Of a DNA stretch of 64,000 nucleotides, positions 24,417 through 33,762 are shown one piece after another (the stretch's first letter is position 1; every line of letters starts with the position of its first letter). This DNA is from a virus (taxonomy: Duplodnaviria; Heunggongvirae; Uroviricota; Caudoviricetes), in IMG/VR virus record IMGVR_UViG_3300036770_002544, positions 10,654 to 74,653 of that record, one strand, 5' to 3'. The position numbers were made by a program, and so were the translations under genes. The notes under the pieces are model-generated. The model was given only the letters and a program-made list of their open reading frames with translations. It was not told the DNA's origin and made no database searches.

Positions 24417-25813
24417 TCTTCTTCTAACCATGTGTTGTACTCAGATCCTTTTTTGCCTATCTTTGGTATGCGCAATTGAAATTTGAGAGTGTCTCCTTCG
24501 TGCAGTTCGCAATCATGTAACTCGTAATCCCCGATTGTAGTAACTGTACCGTCTTTGGCAATTTTAGTTGCACATGATATTGCATGCCAGTCCTTGTTTA
24601 AGTCAGTCCATAAATCTTGTTCTTGTTTCCTCAGCGAACCTTCGTAAGGAACTTCGTAGCTGTCCGAATGTTGAGCAAATGATATGTAATAGTGAGACCA
24701 ATTAAAGTGAACATTGATCAATACTATCATACCTTTGAGTACCTTGACTTCGGCTAATGCCATGCGCTCTTCTGCAGGAATCCATTGCGGAAAGTCACCT
24801 TCGAGAATAACTCTATCATCAAACATAGATCCGGGTATTGTTGTGCCTGAGTATTTCCAATGTCTGCGTATTTTTACATCTATTCTAGTGTCAGGATCAT
24901 ACACAGATCCTACCAATTTAAATTTACGATAAATTAGATCGTTCCAGTAGGGTTCTCGACGGCCAAACACCACAGTCTTTTGTAGTTTAAGTCCACCTTT
25001 TCTGTGATCCATACAGGTACCTAGATCACTGTGGTTGAATGGATCGTGCCCCCATTCTGAGTTTCCTAAATTTTTAAGTTTGTATCCTTTTTCTTGATAC
25101 ATTAATTTTAGTTCGTCAAAAACATTGCCGTCGGCGCGGCTAGACAACTTTAAAACTTTTTCTGTTACATATAACTCTGCAAATTCTGTTAAAAACTCTC
25201 CTGCAAGGGAACGATTCCAACAAAGCCAACCTGTCTCTGTGCTACCACGGCCATCGTGCCAATCAGGCATAACATACTCTCTGCCCAAGTACGAAACAAC
25301 CTCATTATGAGACGGTGCCATTTTTTCAAGTAAATTGTGAGTTACTTGATCAAAAATAAACACGTCAGCATCAAGCCATATCAATCTATCTGCTGTGGAC
25401 TTTTTGTGTGCAATGTATTGTGCAATCACTTTGTAAGAATATTTTAAAGCATTAGCCGATGACATTGAGATTTGCCCCCAGTTGGTACGAGCTAGCCAAC
25501 CCGAAACATGTGCTGAATCCTGTTCACTAGGGACTAGTCCGGTGCAATCAGGACGCTCCTTCCATTTTTTTCTTGTTGCAGCATACTCTAAATGTTCAAC
25601 ATCAATGTCTAGCACAATCACTCTAGGACTCTCGTGCTCAAACACAAAATCATTGATCACTACATACAAGTTGGTATCTTCAGGAAAATACTTGACAAAG
25701 TTGTCAACAAATGTTTTTCCATATAATTCGTATGCAGTTTTATGAAAACTAGTAACAACATCAAACTTCAATTTGTACTCTCCAAAATTTCCTAGTAGTA
25801 TTGATACCAGCAT
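24413..25813 (-). CDS. putative nucleotide-sugar glycosyltransferase (DxD)
   Basis: WLDADVFIFDQ DxD motif. 466-aa ORF. Confidence 0.45.
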   Translation of the reverse strand: MLVSILLGNFGEYKLKFDVVTSFHKTAYELYGKTFVDNFVKYFPEDTNLYVVINDFVFEHESPRVIVLDIDVEHLEYAATRKKWKERPDCTGLVPSEQDSAHVSGWLARTNWGQISMSSANALKYSYKVIAQYIAHKKSTADRLIWLDADVFIFDQVTHNLLEKMAPSHNEVVSYLGREYVMPDWHDGRGSTETGWLCWNRSLAGEFLTEFAELYVTEKVLKLSSRADGNVFDELKLMYQEKGYKLKNLGNSEWGHDPFNHSDLGTCMDHRKGGLKLQKTVVFGRREPYWNDLIYRKFKLVGSVYDPDTRIDVKIRRHWKYSGTTIPGSMFDDRVILEGDFPQWIPAEERMALAEVKVLKGMIVLINVHFNWSHYYISFAQHSDSYEVPYEGSLRKQEQDLWTDLNKDWHAISCATKIAKDGTVTTIGDYELHDCELHEGDTLKFQLRIPKIGKKGSEYNTWLEED

Positions 25814-26666
25814 TGTCTATTTTACGATGTAGTACATATCTGTTGTCCCAGATTACTATTTGGTCTGGACGCCATCTGTGTTGATATATCCATGCAGGAT
25901 TGTTTAGCTGTTGCTTCAACATGTTAACAATAGCATCGCTTTCGGCCTCTGACAAGTTCAACAGCCGAGGATGATCTTTTGGACTAAAATTCAACCAATC
26001 ATTGTTTTTTACAATTTTATCAACAAACGGCGTTGGAATATGAGTTTTTAATTTAAAAATTGCAGCCACAACATCTTTAATGTTGCCGGACTTTAGTGCA
26101 TGCTGCATTGCTAATGACAAGTAATAATGATGATTCCTATAAAATGTACTAGTGTGTTCTATCTCCAACTGTGACAGCAGATTTTTGATCGGATCACTTA
26201 GCGAATCGTAAATTCCTTTGAGATTGCAAAAACTTGTATCCCCTAATAGCTCATTACCATCAGACTTGCTAAACTTTACAGTAGCGATTCCAATCATTCG
26301 TTTGTCAGTGTAGCTTGCGCCATCTTGATGCCAGTCGTTTAGATCTATAGACTTTGGTAGCCCCGGGGCGGTTACAGAAGTAAGATCGTCTACCCCAATG
26401 TCGGATCCAGTGTAGTAATCAAGTTCTGTAGTTGGTGTTATTTTGTAATAGGACACCTGAGGAAACAACTTTCCAATTTTTTGAGCATAGTCAACCAGAC
26501 ATTGTTGAGTATTAATGCTAGCGTTTTGAACTACTAATACCTTGTGTTTTTTCAAAAGGTCAATGACCTGTGATGGTTCTAGACTTTGTGCATCAAGTTG
26601 AGCCCCAAAACTCCAGTTTAATGTTTGCATCACAATATTTAACACAGCCAATGTTGCTTTAAACAA
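25761..26666 (-). CDS. TauD/TfdA-family 2OG-Fe(II) dioxygenase
   Basis: WHQDGASY and VIWDNRYVLHRKI...R motifs. Confidence 0.6.
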   Translation of the reverse strand: MFKATLAVLNIVMQTLNWSFGAQLDAQSLEPSQVIDLLKKHKVLVVQNASINTQQCLVDYAQKIGKLFPQVSYYKITPTTELDYYTGSDIGVDDLTSVTAPGLPKSIDLNDWHQDGASYTDKRMIGIATVKFSKSDGNELLGDTSFCNLKGIYDSLSDPIKNLLSQLEIEHTSTFYRNHHYYLSLAMQHALKSGNIKDVVAAIFKLKTHIPTPFVDKIVKNNDWLNFSPKDHPRLLNLSEAESDAIVNMLKQQLNNPAWIYQHRWRPDQIVIWDNRYVLHRKIDNAGINTTRKFWRVQIEV

Positions 26667-26684
26667 AAGTATTAATTTTTAGAG

Positions 26685-26713
26685 TTGACTGAATATTCGT
26701 CGTTTGCTATAAT
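26685..26713 (+). promoter_or_regulatory. sigma70-type promoter (TTGACT-N17-TATAAT, TGn extended -10)
   Basis: ttgactgaatattcgtcgtttgctataat. SD aaaggag follows. Confidence 0.55.
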
Positions 26714-26743
26714 ACACACATGTTAACGCAAAAGGAGTCAACA

Positions 26744-26920
26744 ATGAGCAAGATGAGTGAACTGGCACTGGACATTGAGTACCTTCTCAAAGAAGGCCGG
26801 AGTTTTGCGCAAATTGCACGTGAGCTAGAAATCCCAGTGCAATTTGTAGTTGAGGCCGCAGACGTCATCGAACGCGACAACGATCAAGACTGTAGCCCTT
26901 TTGCAACAATCAACAGTTGA
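26744..26920 (+). CDS. hypothetical small acidic protein
   Basis: SD aaaggagtcaacaATG. Confidence 0.45.
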   Translation: MSKMSELALDIEYLLKEGRSFAQIARELEIPVQFVVEAADVIERDNDQDCSPFATINS

Positions 26921-26989
26921 CTGATAATTCACAATCCTATACAATATAGGCTTAGTTAAACAATTTCCCCACCACCGAAAGGCACTGCA

Positions 26990-28075
26990 ATGAGCGATAC
27001 CCGCACCGTAACTTCCGTCCAAGCCCGCAAGTCTATTCTGACTGCGTTCAAAGTCAAACGTCCCATCTTCCTGTGGGGTCCTCCTGGTATCGGCAAGTCC
27101 GAACTGGTTGAAGGTATTACCAAGGATCTTGGCGGCGTCATGTATGACCTGCGTCTGGGTCAAATGGAACCCACTGACATTCGTGGCATTCCGTTTTATA
27201 ACAAAGAAAATGGCAAGATGGACTGGGCTGCTCCTATTGACTTGCCCGATGCTGAAACTGCTGCTCAGTATCCTGTTGTCGTCCTGTTCTTGGACGAAAT
27301 GAACTCGGCCCCTGCCTCAGTGCAATCGGCTGCCTACCAGCTGATCCTGAACCGCCGAATTGGCAAGTACGTACTGCCCGACAACGTGGTTATCGTTGCA
27401 GCCGGTAACCGTGAAAGCGACAAAGGCGTTACTTTCCGCATGCCAACTCCACTGGCAAACCGTTTCTTGCACCAAGAAATGAAGGTTGACTTCCCGTCTT
27501 GGCAGGAATGGGCTGTGCAAAACAACATCCACAAGGACGTGGTTGGTTACTTGAGTTTTGCCAAGCAAGATCTGTATGACTTTGATGCCAAGAGCTCAAG
27601 CCGTGCGTTTGCTACTCCACGTAGCTGGACTTTCGTGAGCCAGTTGCTGAACGACGAAGCACTGGATGACGACACTGCTACCAACCTTGTGGCTGGTACT
27701 GTGGGCGAAGGCCTTGCTGTTAAGTTCATGGCACACCGCAAGATTGCAGGTCGCATGCCTAGCCCAACTGACATTCTCAAAGGCAAGGTCAAGGACTTGA
27801 ACGTCAAGGAAGTGTCGGCTATGTACTCGCTGGTTATTTCCATGTGCTACGAACTCAAGGCTGCTGTGGAAGCCAAGATGGACATGAAAGAGTTCCATGA
27901 AATGGCAGACAACTTCTTTGCCTACATGATGAAGAACTTTGAAACTGAGTTGGTTGTTATGGGAGCAAGGATTGCACTTACGACCTATAATTTGCCATTC
28001 CAACCTACCAAGCTCAAGAACTTCGACGAGTTCCACCAGCGTTTTGGTAAGTACATTTTGCAGGCTAGCGCCTAA
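26990..28075 (+). CDS. MoxR/CobS-like AAA+ ATPase
   Basis: Walker A FLWGPPGIGKS, Walker B VVVLFLDEMN, sensor VIVAAGNRE. Confidence 0.75.
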   Translation: MSDTRTVTSVQARKSILTAFKVKRPIFLWGPPGIGKSELVEGITKDLGGVMYDLRLGQMEPTDIRGIPFYNKENGKMDWAAPIDLPDAETAAQYPVVVLFLDEMNSAPASVQSAAYQLILNRRIGKYVLPDNVVIVAAGNRESDKGVTFRMPTPLANRFLHQEMKVDFPSWQEWAVQNNIHKDVVGYLSFAKQDLYDFDAKSSSRAFATPRSWTFVSQLLNDEALDDDTATNLVAGTVGEGLAVKFMAHRKIAGRMPSPTDILKGKVKDLNVKEVSAMYSLVISMCYELKAAVEAKMDMKEFHEMADNFFAYMMKNFETELVVMGARIALTTYNLPFQPTKLKNFDEFHQRFGKYILQASA

Positions 28076-28113
28076 TTGATGGTGGTGGGGGGCAGTGGCA
28101 ACACTGCCCCTTT

Positions 28114-28449
28114 TTGTTTATGCACTATAAAATCACAAAAATGGATGGTAGGTACAGCCACTATGGCTACACTTATCTGCTTGAATTTTCAAAGCATGTT
28201 TATACTGGCACTGGCGTGTTAGACTTTGATCGTAGCCGACGTTGGTTTAACGAACACTTTGGGTGGAGTCAAGATGTTGAGACTCGTGCCAAAATGAAGG
28301 AAAATCTGTACTACCACAAAGGTGCTTATACCCCCGAAGACATCAATCCTGTGTGGGCTTATGCAGTTAAGTACGGCGATTATCGAATCTATGTAGATAA
28401 CGAAAAGACCTTGAGTTGGTTTGTAATGGCACATCCATGCGCGGAATGA
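28114..28449 (+). CDS. hypothetical protein
   Basis: ORF. Overlaps the next ORF. Confidence 0.35.
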   Translation: MFMHYKITKMDGRYSHYGYTYLLEFSKHVYTGTGVLDFDRSRRWFNEHFGWSQDVETRAKMKENLYYHKGAYTPEDINPVWAYAVKYGDYRIYVDNEKTLSWFVMAHPCAE

Positions 28450-28670
28450 CACACAGATTTGACTTTCGAGCCCAGGACATTGATCCGTTGCCTCGAATAA
28501 AGTGGTGCCGGGAAAATCTTGGACCGCGTGGTCAACGCTGGGACTTTGATGGTGGGCGTGGTATAACTATATACATCCGGGATCAAGCAGACGTTGATCT
28601 CTACGAAAAAACCTGGAGATTTTGGAATGTCCTCAAAGGTGATTGTAAAGAAGAATCTCGTAATATTTAG
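28416..28670 (+). CDS. hypothetical protein
   Basis: ORF. Overlaps both neighbours, so a possible frameshift. Confidence 0.3.
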   Translation: MVCNGTSMRGMTHRFDFRAQDIDPLPRIKWCRENLGPRGQRWDFDGGRGITIYIRDQADVDLYEKTWRFWNVLKGDCKEESRNI

Positions 28671-28926
28671 AAAGCGTTCTGATTGGGAAGAAATCTGGCA
28701 ACGCATAAAGCAAGAGTACGGTGCCAAAATTACCATCAGTTATGTGTGCCGTCGAGAGCTTGGATTTACAGTTAGAACCCATACCGAATGGATTCAGTTC
28801 GATATTAGTGGTGGCCGCCCTCGCTACTATGCAGAGGAGCAAATTCACCTGGACTTCTACAACGAAAGTACACAGAGTTGGTTCTTGCTACGCTACTTAA
28901 ACAATTCTGCAGGCGCAGATGCATAA
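28594..28926 (+). CDS. hypothetical protein
   Basis: ORF. Confidence 0.35.
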   Translation: MISTKKPGDFGMSSKVIVKKNLVIFRKRSDWEEIWQRIKQEYGAKITISYVCRRELGFTVRTHTEWIQFDISGGRPRYYAEEQIHLDFYNESTQSWFLLRYLNNSAGADA

Positions 28927-28997
28927 AACGTCAAAAGAATCGCTGTAAAACGTCCGAACTACCAAAAATGTATACTTTTTTAGTACTAGGTTTTTGG

Positions 28998-29026
28998 TTG
29001 ACCCAAAATTCGCCTTTTGCTATAAT
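28998..29026 (+). promoter_or_regulatory. strong sigma70-type promoter, repeat copy 1 (TTGACC-N17-TATAAT)
   Basis: ttgacccaaaattcgccttttgctataatata. Near-identical to the copies at 29968 and 30294. Confidence 0.6.
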
Positions 29027-29052
29027 ATAAGCATAGTAAGAAGGAGTTAGTA

Positions 29053-29217
29053 ATGGACAACCCCTACACCAACAACCCAACTGAGCGCGGTCCGGAAGTT
29101 TATGTCAAGCCTGTTCTGGCTAAAGATTTTCAAGATGAGGCTTGGCAGCGCTTCAAGCAGATCATGGAAGCGGATACCGAAATCATTGAAGCAATCAAAC
29201 GTTTGAAGGATAAGTGA
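29053..29217 (+). CDS. small hypothetical protein (54 aa, below the ORF-track cutoff)
   Basis: SD aaggag. Hand translation MDNPYTNNPTERGPEVYVKPVLAKDFQDEAWQRFKQIMEADTEIIEAIKRLKDK. Confidence 0.45.
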   Translation: MDNPYTNNPTERGPEVYVKPVLAKDFQDEAWQRFKQIMEADTEIIEAIKRLKDK

Positions 29218-29218
29218 A

Positions 29219-29413
29219 ATGATTGAAAACGGAATGCCCATTTACATCATTCAGATCAACATGGCAGAACCCAATCAAAATCCCGAGTGGGACAACATGG
29301 GCGTCTATCAAGACTACAATCAAGCACTGAAGCACATTGAATGGTGCAAGGGCGAATACGGCACCGAGATCGAGTTCCGTGTTGATGTGCAATCGTTTTA
29401 CGCAAAGGCTTAA
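29219..29413 (+). CDS. small hypothetical protein
   Basis: ATG 1 nt after the previous stop. Confidence 0.4.
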   Translation: MIENGMPIYIIQINMAEPNQNPEWDNMGVYQDYNQALKHIEWCKGEYGTEIEFRVDVQSFYAKA

Positions 29414-29414
29414 T

Positions 29415-29669
29415 ATGAACGAACGAATTAAACAACTTGCTGAACAGGCAGGACTTAAAGTCGAATCGTGGATGACTAATCCGCCCAAGCCTTTTCAGAT
29501 TCTTGGTAGCACTGAACAGTTTGAAAAGTTCGCCGAGTTGATTGTTCGGGAATGTGCTAACGCCGCAGACATGGCACAAGACGCTGGTTGCGAATATGCC
29601 GGTGACTATGTTGCTGAGTACATGGGCTATGGTCAAGAAGAAGGCGTAACAGAATGGAGAGCAAAATGA
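29415..29669 (+). CDS. hypothetical protein, paralog of 31623-31853
   Basis: MNERIKQLAEQAGL...FEKFAELIVRECANAADMAQ versus MNPHIAKLAEQAAQ...IQRFAELIVQDCVNIANTAE. Confidence 0.5.
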   Translation: MNERIKQLAEQAGLKVESWMTNPPKPFQILGSTEQFEKFAELIVRECANAADMAQDAGCEYAGDYVAEYMGYGQEEGVTEWRAK

Positions 29670-29971
29670 GCATCCAAACCGTAGCACAAAATCTGCGTAA
29701 CACAATCGCCGGCAAGGAACAGCACCTGAAAACTTTGAATAGGACTCTGGCTACTGCGGATCTCAACGACACTGAACGCACTGTAATCAGAACCACTAGT
29801 ATGTTTCTGGAAGTGAATCTAGATGAACTCCGGCGTATCCTTGCTGATGTGGAGGCATGTGAATCTCCAGCAAATCCTACTTGCACAGTGCAAGACTGGA
29901 TTACTAACCCGGATCGTATGGGTGGGCAGTTTACACAAGAAGAAATTGATAACGCAAATCGCTGGATTTGA
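29666..29971 (+). CDS. hypothetical protein
   Basis: ORF; alternative ATG at 29654. Confidence 0.4.
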   Translation: MSIQTVAQNLRNTIAGKEQHLKTLNRTLATADLNDTERTVIRTTSMFLEVNLDELRRILADVEACESPANPTCTVQDWITNPDRMGGQFTQEEIDNANRWI

Positions 29972-29996
29972 CCTAAAATTCGCCTTCTGCTATAAT
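29968..29996 (+). promoter_or_regulatory. strong sigma70-type promoter, repeat copy 2
   Basis: ttgacctaaaattcgccttctgctataatatacacataac. Confidence 0.6.
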
Positions 29997-30024
29997 ATAC
30001 ACATAACACAACCAAGGACACACA

Positions 30025-30297
30025 ATGGCTTTGCCCAAAGAAGTTACACTTACTAAAGACGGCGGCAACTTTTATCGAGCGATGGCTTTTCACTATCTTG
30101 TGGTCGCAGTAGCCATTGTCCCGGTCTTGGCCCTGCTACTGCTGGCTATCATCAATCCTTTTTGGTTCCGCGACAGTGCCTTTAACTGGGCTGAACGCCG
30201 AGTAAACCAACTGTCACGCTGGCGAAATCTTGTGAAGTATCGCATCTACTTGGGCACTGATCCTGAACTGTGGCATGCACTCAAAGACCGCAATTGA
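30025..30297 (+). CDS. small membrane protein
   Basis: Hydrophobic helix LVVAVAIVPVLALLLLAIINPFWF. Confidence 0.45.
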   Translation: MALPKEVTLTKDGGNFYRAMAFHYLVVAVAIVPVLALLLLAIINPFWFRDSAFNWAERRVNQLSRWRNLVKYRIYLGTDPELWHALKDRN

Positions 30298-30322
30298 CCA
30301 ATAAATCGCCTTCTGCTATAAT
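30294..30322 (+). promoter_or_regulatory. strong sigma70-type promoter, repeat copy 3
   Basis: ttgaccaataaatcgccttctgctataatatacacataacgc. Confidence 0.6.
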
Positions 30323-30349
30323 ATACACATAACGCAACAAAGGACACCA

Positions 30350-31621
30350 ATGACTGCCACTACTGCTAACAAAGACGACAAGCAAAAATTCGCTAACTTG
30401 CTGGGTCCAACTGACCCTAAAATTGACCGCGAAGTTCGCGAAAAACTGATTACTGCCCGCGTGGGTTTGTTGCTTCGTGCCAGTTTCTTTGGCAACTTGG
30501 CTACCCGTCTCAAACTGACCAACGCCGACGAATGGTGTTCTACTGCGGCCACTGATGGTCGTAACTTCTATTACAACAGCCGATTCATTCAAATGCTTCG
30601 TCCCAAAGAGATCGAATTCTTGTTTGGTCACGAGGTTCTGCACTGCGTTTATGATCACTTTGGTCGCCGCGGCGATCGCGATCCGCAACTGTTCAACATT
30701 GCCAACGACTTTGCTGTCAACGCAGACTTGATCAAGCACCGTGTGGGCGAAAAGATTACCACAGTGCCTTGCCTGCACGATACCAAGTACGATGGTATGA
30801 GTTCCGAAGAAATCTACGATCAACTGTACGAAAACGCCAGCAAGATCAATCTCAGCGACCTGCTGGACAAGATGATCGACGAGCACTTGGACGGCGAAGG
30901 TGATAGCGAGGGCGAAGGTGATAGCGAGGGCGAAGGCAAAGGTCGCCCCAAGCTCAGCGAAGAAGAAAAGCGCCAGATCCGCGACGAGATCAAGGAAGCC
31001 ATGCTGGCAGCGGCTCAAACTGTCGACGGTGCAGGCAACATTCCTGCTGGCGTTATGCGCATGATCAAGGAGCTTACTGAGCCCCAAATGAACTGGCGTG
31101 AACTGCTACGCATGAACTTGGAGTCTACTATCAAGTCGGACTTTACTTGGATGCGAGCAAGCCGACGCGGCTGGCACATGGATGCTGTCATGCCTGGCAT
31201 GAAGAACGACGAAATGATTGACATTGCTATTGCAATTGATACTTCGGGCTCAATTGGCGAAAAGATGCTCAAAGATTTCCTCAGCGAAATCCAAGGTATC
31301 ATGGACTCGTTCCCTGCATACAAGATCCATATTGTTAGCTTTGATACTGACACTTACAATCCTGCTCAGTACGATAGCGATAACTTGGATTCTATTGTTG
31401 ACTACGAACCTGCTGGCGGCGGAGGTACCGACTTTGACGCCATCTATCGCTATCTCAAGGACGAGGAAATCCAACCTCGACGCTTGGTAGTGTTTACAGA
31501 CGGCTACCCATTTGGTAGCTGGGGCGATGAAGAATACTGTGACGTGACTTGGATCTTGCACGGTACTACTACCATTGTTCCACCTTGGGGTGCTTATGCC
31601 TACTACGAGGAAAAGAAGTAA
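30350..31621 (+). CDS. VWA-domain protein with N-terminal HExxH metallopeptidase-like domain (DUF2201/CobT-like partner of the MoxR ATPase)
   Basis: HEVLH zinc-binding motif. MIDAS DTSGS. Acidic linker GEGDSEGEGDSEGEG. Confidence 0.65.
   Translation: MTATTANKDDKQKFANLLGPTDPKIDREVREKLITARVGLLLRASFFGNLATRLKLTNADEWCSTAATDGRNFYYNSRFIQMLRPKEIEFLFGHEVLHCVYDHFGRRGDRDPQLFNIANDFAVNADLIKHRVGEKITTVPCLHDTKYDGMSSEEIYDQLYENASKINLSDLLDKMIDEHLDGEGDSEGEGDSEGEGKGRPKLSEEEKRQIRDEIKEAMLAAAQTVDGAGNIPAGVMRMIKELTEPQMNWRELLRMNLESTIKSDFTWMRASRRGWHMDAVMPGMKNDEMIDIAIAIDTSGSIGEKMLKDFLSEIQGIMDSFPAYKIHIVSFDTDTYNPAQYDSDNLDSIVDYEPAGGGGTDFDAIYRYLKDEEIQPRRLVVFTDGYPFGSWGDEEYCDVTWILHGTTTIVPPWGAYAYYEEKK
30895..30950 (+). repeat. 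in-frame tandem 18-nt repeat encoding a GEGDSE linker
   Basis: ggcgaaggtgatagcgag x2, then a partial copy. Confidence 0.6.
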
Positions 31622-31622
31622 T

Positions 31623-31853
31623 ATGAATCCGCATATTGCCAAACTTGCCGAACAGGCAGCACAAGAATCGTTTGATCCCGAAAACGATACCGCACTGGAG
31701 GTATCAGACGATGAAGTGTCCTACCAAATTCCAGAAGGATTTATCCAGCGTTTTGCTGAGTTGATTGTACAGGACTGTGTGAATATTGCTAACACCGCAG
31801 AACCGTATCAGTCAGCTGATCTTATACAAAAGCATTTTGGAGTTGAATCATGA
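31623..31853 (+). CDS. hypothetical protein, paralog of 29415-29669
   Basis: See 29415. Confidence 0.5.
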   Translation: MNPHIAKLAEQAAQESFDPENDTALEVSDDEVSYQIPEGFIQRFAELIVQDCVNIANTAEPYQSADLIQKHFGVES

Positions 31854-32026
31854 TTAAGATGTTTACAATGTGGCTTATGTTGAGTGCCGCAATCGGGCTT
31901 GGTATCATAGCATTTCGGCAAATGTCGGGCAAGGAGCAATGGCAATTGACAAAATTAGTTGCCTATGCTACAATGTGCTCACTAATTGCTGTAGTGTTAT
32001 TGGGCATTATGGTTATTTTGTTTTAA
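31850..32026 (+). CDS. small membrane peptide (58 aa, below the ORF-track cutoff)
   Basis: ATGA overlap with the preceding stop. Two hydrophobic segments. Confidence 0.35.
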   Translation: MIKMFTMWLMLSAAIGLGIIAFRQMSGKEQWQLTKLVAYATMCSLIAVVLLGIMVILF

Positions 32027-32121
32027 AGGATGTATATGATCAATGACGTTTGGCTTAGGCCGCTGTATTTTGTTCTTGGTTTTGCATTTTGTTTCTTTCT
32101 TTTTTCTACAGGAGTTCTTTA

Positions 32122-32916
32122 ATGAAAAGCGTTTTTAAAATTGGTTTTATCGCGGCCGCGGTTGCTCTCGCTACCGGTTGTACTCGTATCGAAACTGGTG
32201 AGGTTGGTGTCCGTGTTGGCTTTGACAAGCAAGTTAAGTCTGGCGAACTGCTACCCGGCTCGTTCAACCAAGTGCTAATTGGTGATGTGTTGACATTTCC
32301 TGTTAAGGACGTTAATGTGGTCCTAGAGAATATGACTCCCGTGGCCAAAGACAACAGCACCATGAAAGAAATGGATGCTGTGGTTGTTTATAACATCAAC
32401 CCACAGAGTGTTGCAGAGTTGTATTCAACCAAGAACAAGGCATTCCACGCTGATGCCAAAGGCGACACTTATGTGATGTATAACTACATCGTCCAAAATG
32501 CTCGTAACGCCATTTACAAGGCTGCACGTAAGTACGAAGCATTGGATATGGCAGACAATCGCAGTGACATGGAAAACTTCATCAAGGAAGAAATCGTTCG
32601 TAACCTTGCTGAAGAAAAACTGGACGGTAGTATCACTATCAGTCAAGTACTAATCCGTAACGTAGTGCCTGCTGATTCGGTTGTGGAAAGTGCCAACGCA
32701 CTGGTTCGTAGTAAAAACGAACTCAAACAAAAAGAAGTTGAAGTGAAGACTGCCGAAGCAGAATCACGCCGTATGGCTGCTCTTGCTAACAACAGCCAAA
32801 GTTCTATCCAGTTCATGCAGGCACAGGCTATGCTGAACATCTCCGAAGGTATCAAGAATGGTAAAGTGCAGACCATTGTTGTTCCTAGCAACTTCACTGC
32901 ACTAATGACCAAGTAA
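32122..32916 (+). CDS. SPFH/band-7 domain lipoprotein
   Basis: Lipobox LATGC after the signal peptide MKSVFKIGFIAAAVA. Stomatin/prohibitin-like core with C-terminal coiled coil. Confidence 0.55.
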   Translation: MKSVFKIGFIAAAVALATGCTRIETGEVGVRVGFDKQVKSGELLPGSFNQVLIGDVLTFPVKDVNVVLENMTPVAKDNSTMKEMDAVVVYNINPQSVAELYSTKNKAFHADAKGDTYVMYNYIVQNARNAIYKAARKYEALDMADNRSDMENFIKEEIVRNLAEEKLDGSITISQVLIRNVVPADSVVESANALVRSKNELKQKEVEVKTAEAESRRMAALANNSQSSIQFMQAQAMLNISEGIKNGKVQTIVVPSNFTALMTK

Positions 32917-33024
32917 TATGAACTCGGACAAGGCTTTCTTTGGCACCATCCTGGCAATGATGGCCTTGTTGTTTGGTCATCCTGGTACTGCATTGTTAAT
33001 CTTTATTTTAGGGTGTATATTGTA

Positions 33025-33291
33025 ATGTTTAACTGGTTTAACAAAGAAAAATCGTACAGTGACGCCAGCTATGCCGCAGATCAACGATATTACAACAAAC
33101 TGGAAAAGAAAATGACAGAAACAGACGAACCATATCGTGTTGGCGTTACACTAGATGGAAAAGTTACACTAACTCTTATTGCCGGTGTAGGAAACAGCAT
33201 GACTTTAACTATGAGCCCGGAAGCATGTGAAGCGATGATCCGTGTTCTTCGTGCAACCTATACAACCGAAAAGGCGGCAGAAAATGTATAA
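33025..33291 (+). CDS. hypothetical protein
   Basis: ORF. Confidence 0.35.
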   Translation: MFNWFNKEKSYSDASYAADQRYYNKLEKKMTETDEPYRVGVTLDGKVTLTLIAGVGNSMTLTMSPEACEAMIRVLRATYTTEKAAENV

Positions 33292-33517
33292 AACTGCGTA
33301 CAAAGAAGTTGAAATTGAAATTGATCTCAGTGACTTCGACGACGATGATTTGATTGAAGAAATCGAAAGTCGCGGCATTGATCTCAATTCTAAGTACATT
33401 AGTGGTGACGAAATGCGAGAACTGCTGACCAAAGTTTGGCAGTATCGTAGGGAAGGTCGGGACTATCAACGAGAACTAGATGATCTAATTTGGTACGGCA
33501 TTGGAAGAGTGGTATGA
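33284..33517 (+). CDS. hypothetical acidic protein
   Basis: ORF overlapping the upstream stop. Confidence 0.35.
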   Translation: MYKTAYKEVEIEIDLSDFDDDDLIEEIESRGIDLNSKYISGDEMRELLTKVWQYRREGRDYQRELDDLIWYGIGRVV

Positions 33518-33762
33518 TTAACTTAATTTTATATTGTGCATTAGGTATTGCACTAGCAGCCAGCGGCATCAGTATCGTGGATAAACCATGGCAGTTTATT
33601 GTGATCATAATCATAGTCGTTGCCATTGATTACTACGGAAGACTAGGATGAGCGAAATAACCAAAGTTGACTGGTTTGTTTTGGGACTATTAGTTGGATA
33701 CTTTTGGTATCCAATTTGGACTATAGCAAAGAAGATTGTACACGAAGCAAAGGTAGCAAAAA

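Noticed and set aside
30820-31002. 60-aa minus-strand ORF rich in SPSLSPS
   Set aside because: It is the antisense reading of the GEGDSE tandem repeat in the VWA gene.
29557-31087. Long minus-strand ORFs (29557-30093, 30281-31087, 31015-31642) antisense to the promoter cassette and VWA gene
   Set aside because: They are antisense to genes with promoters, RBSs and recognisable domains. Their products are low-complexity. Treated as spurious.
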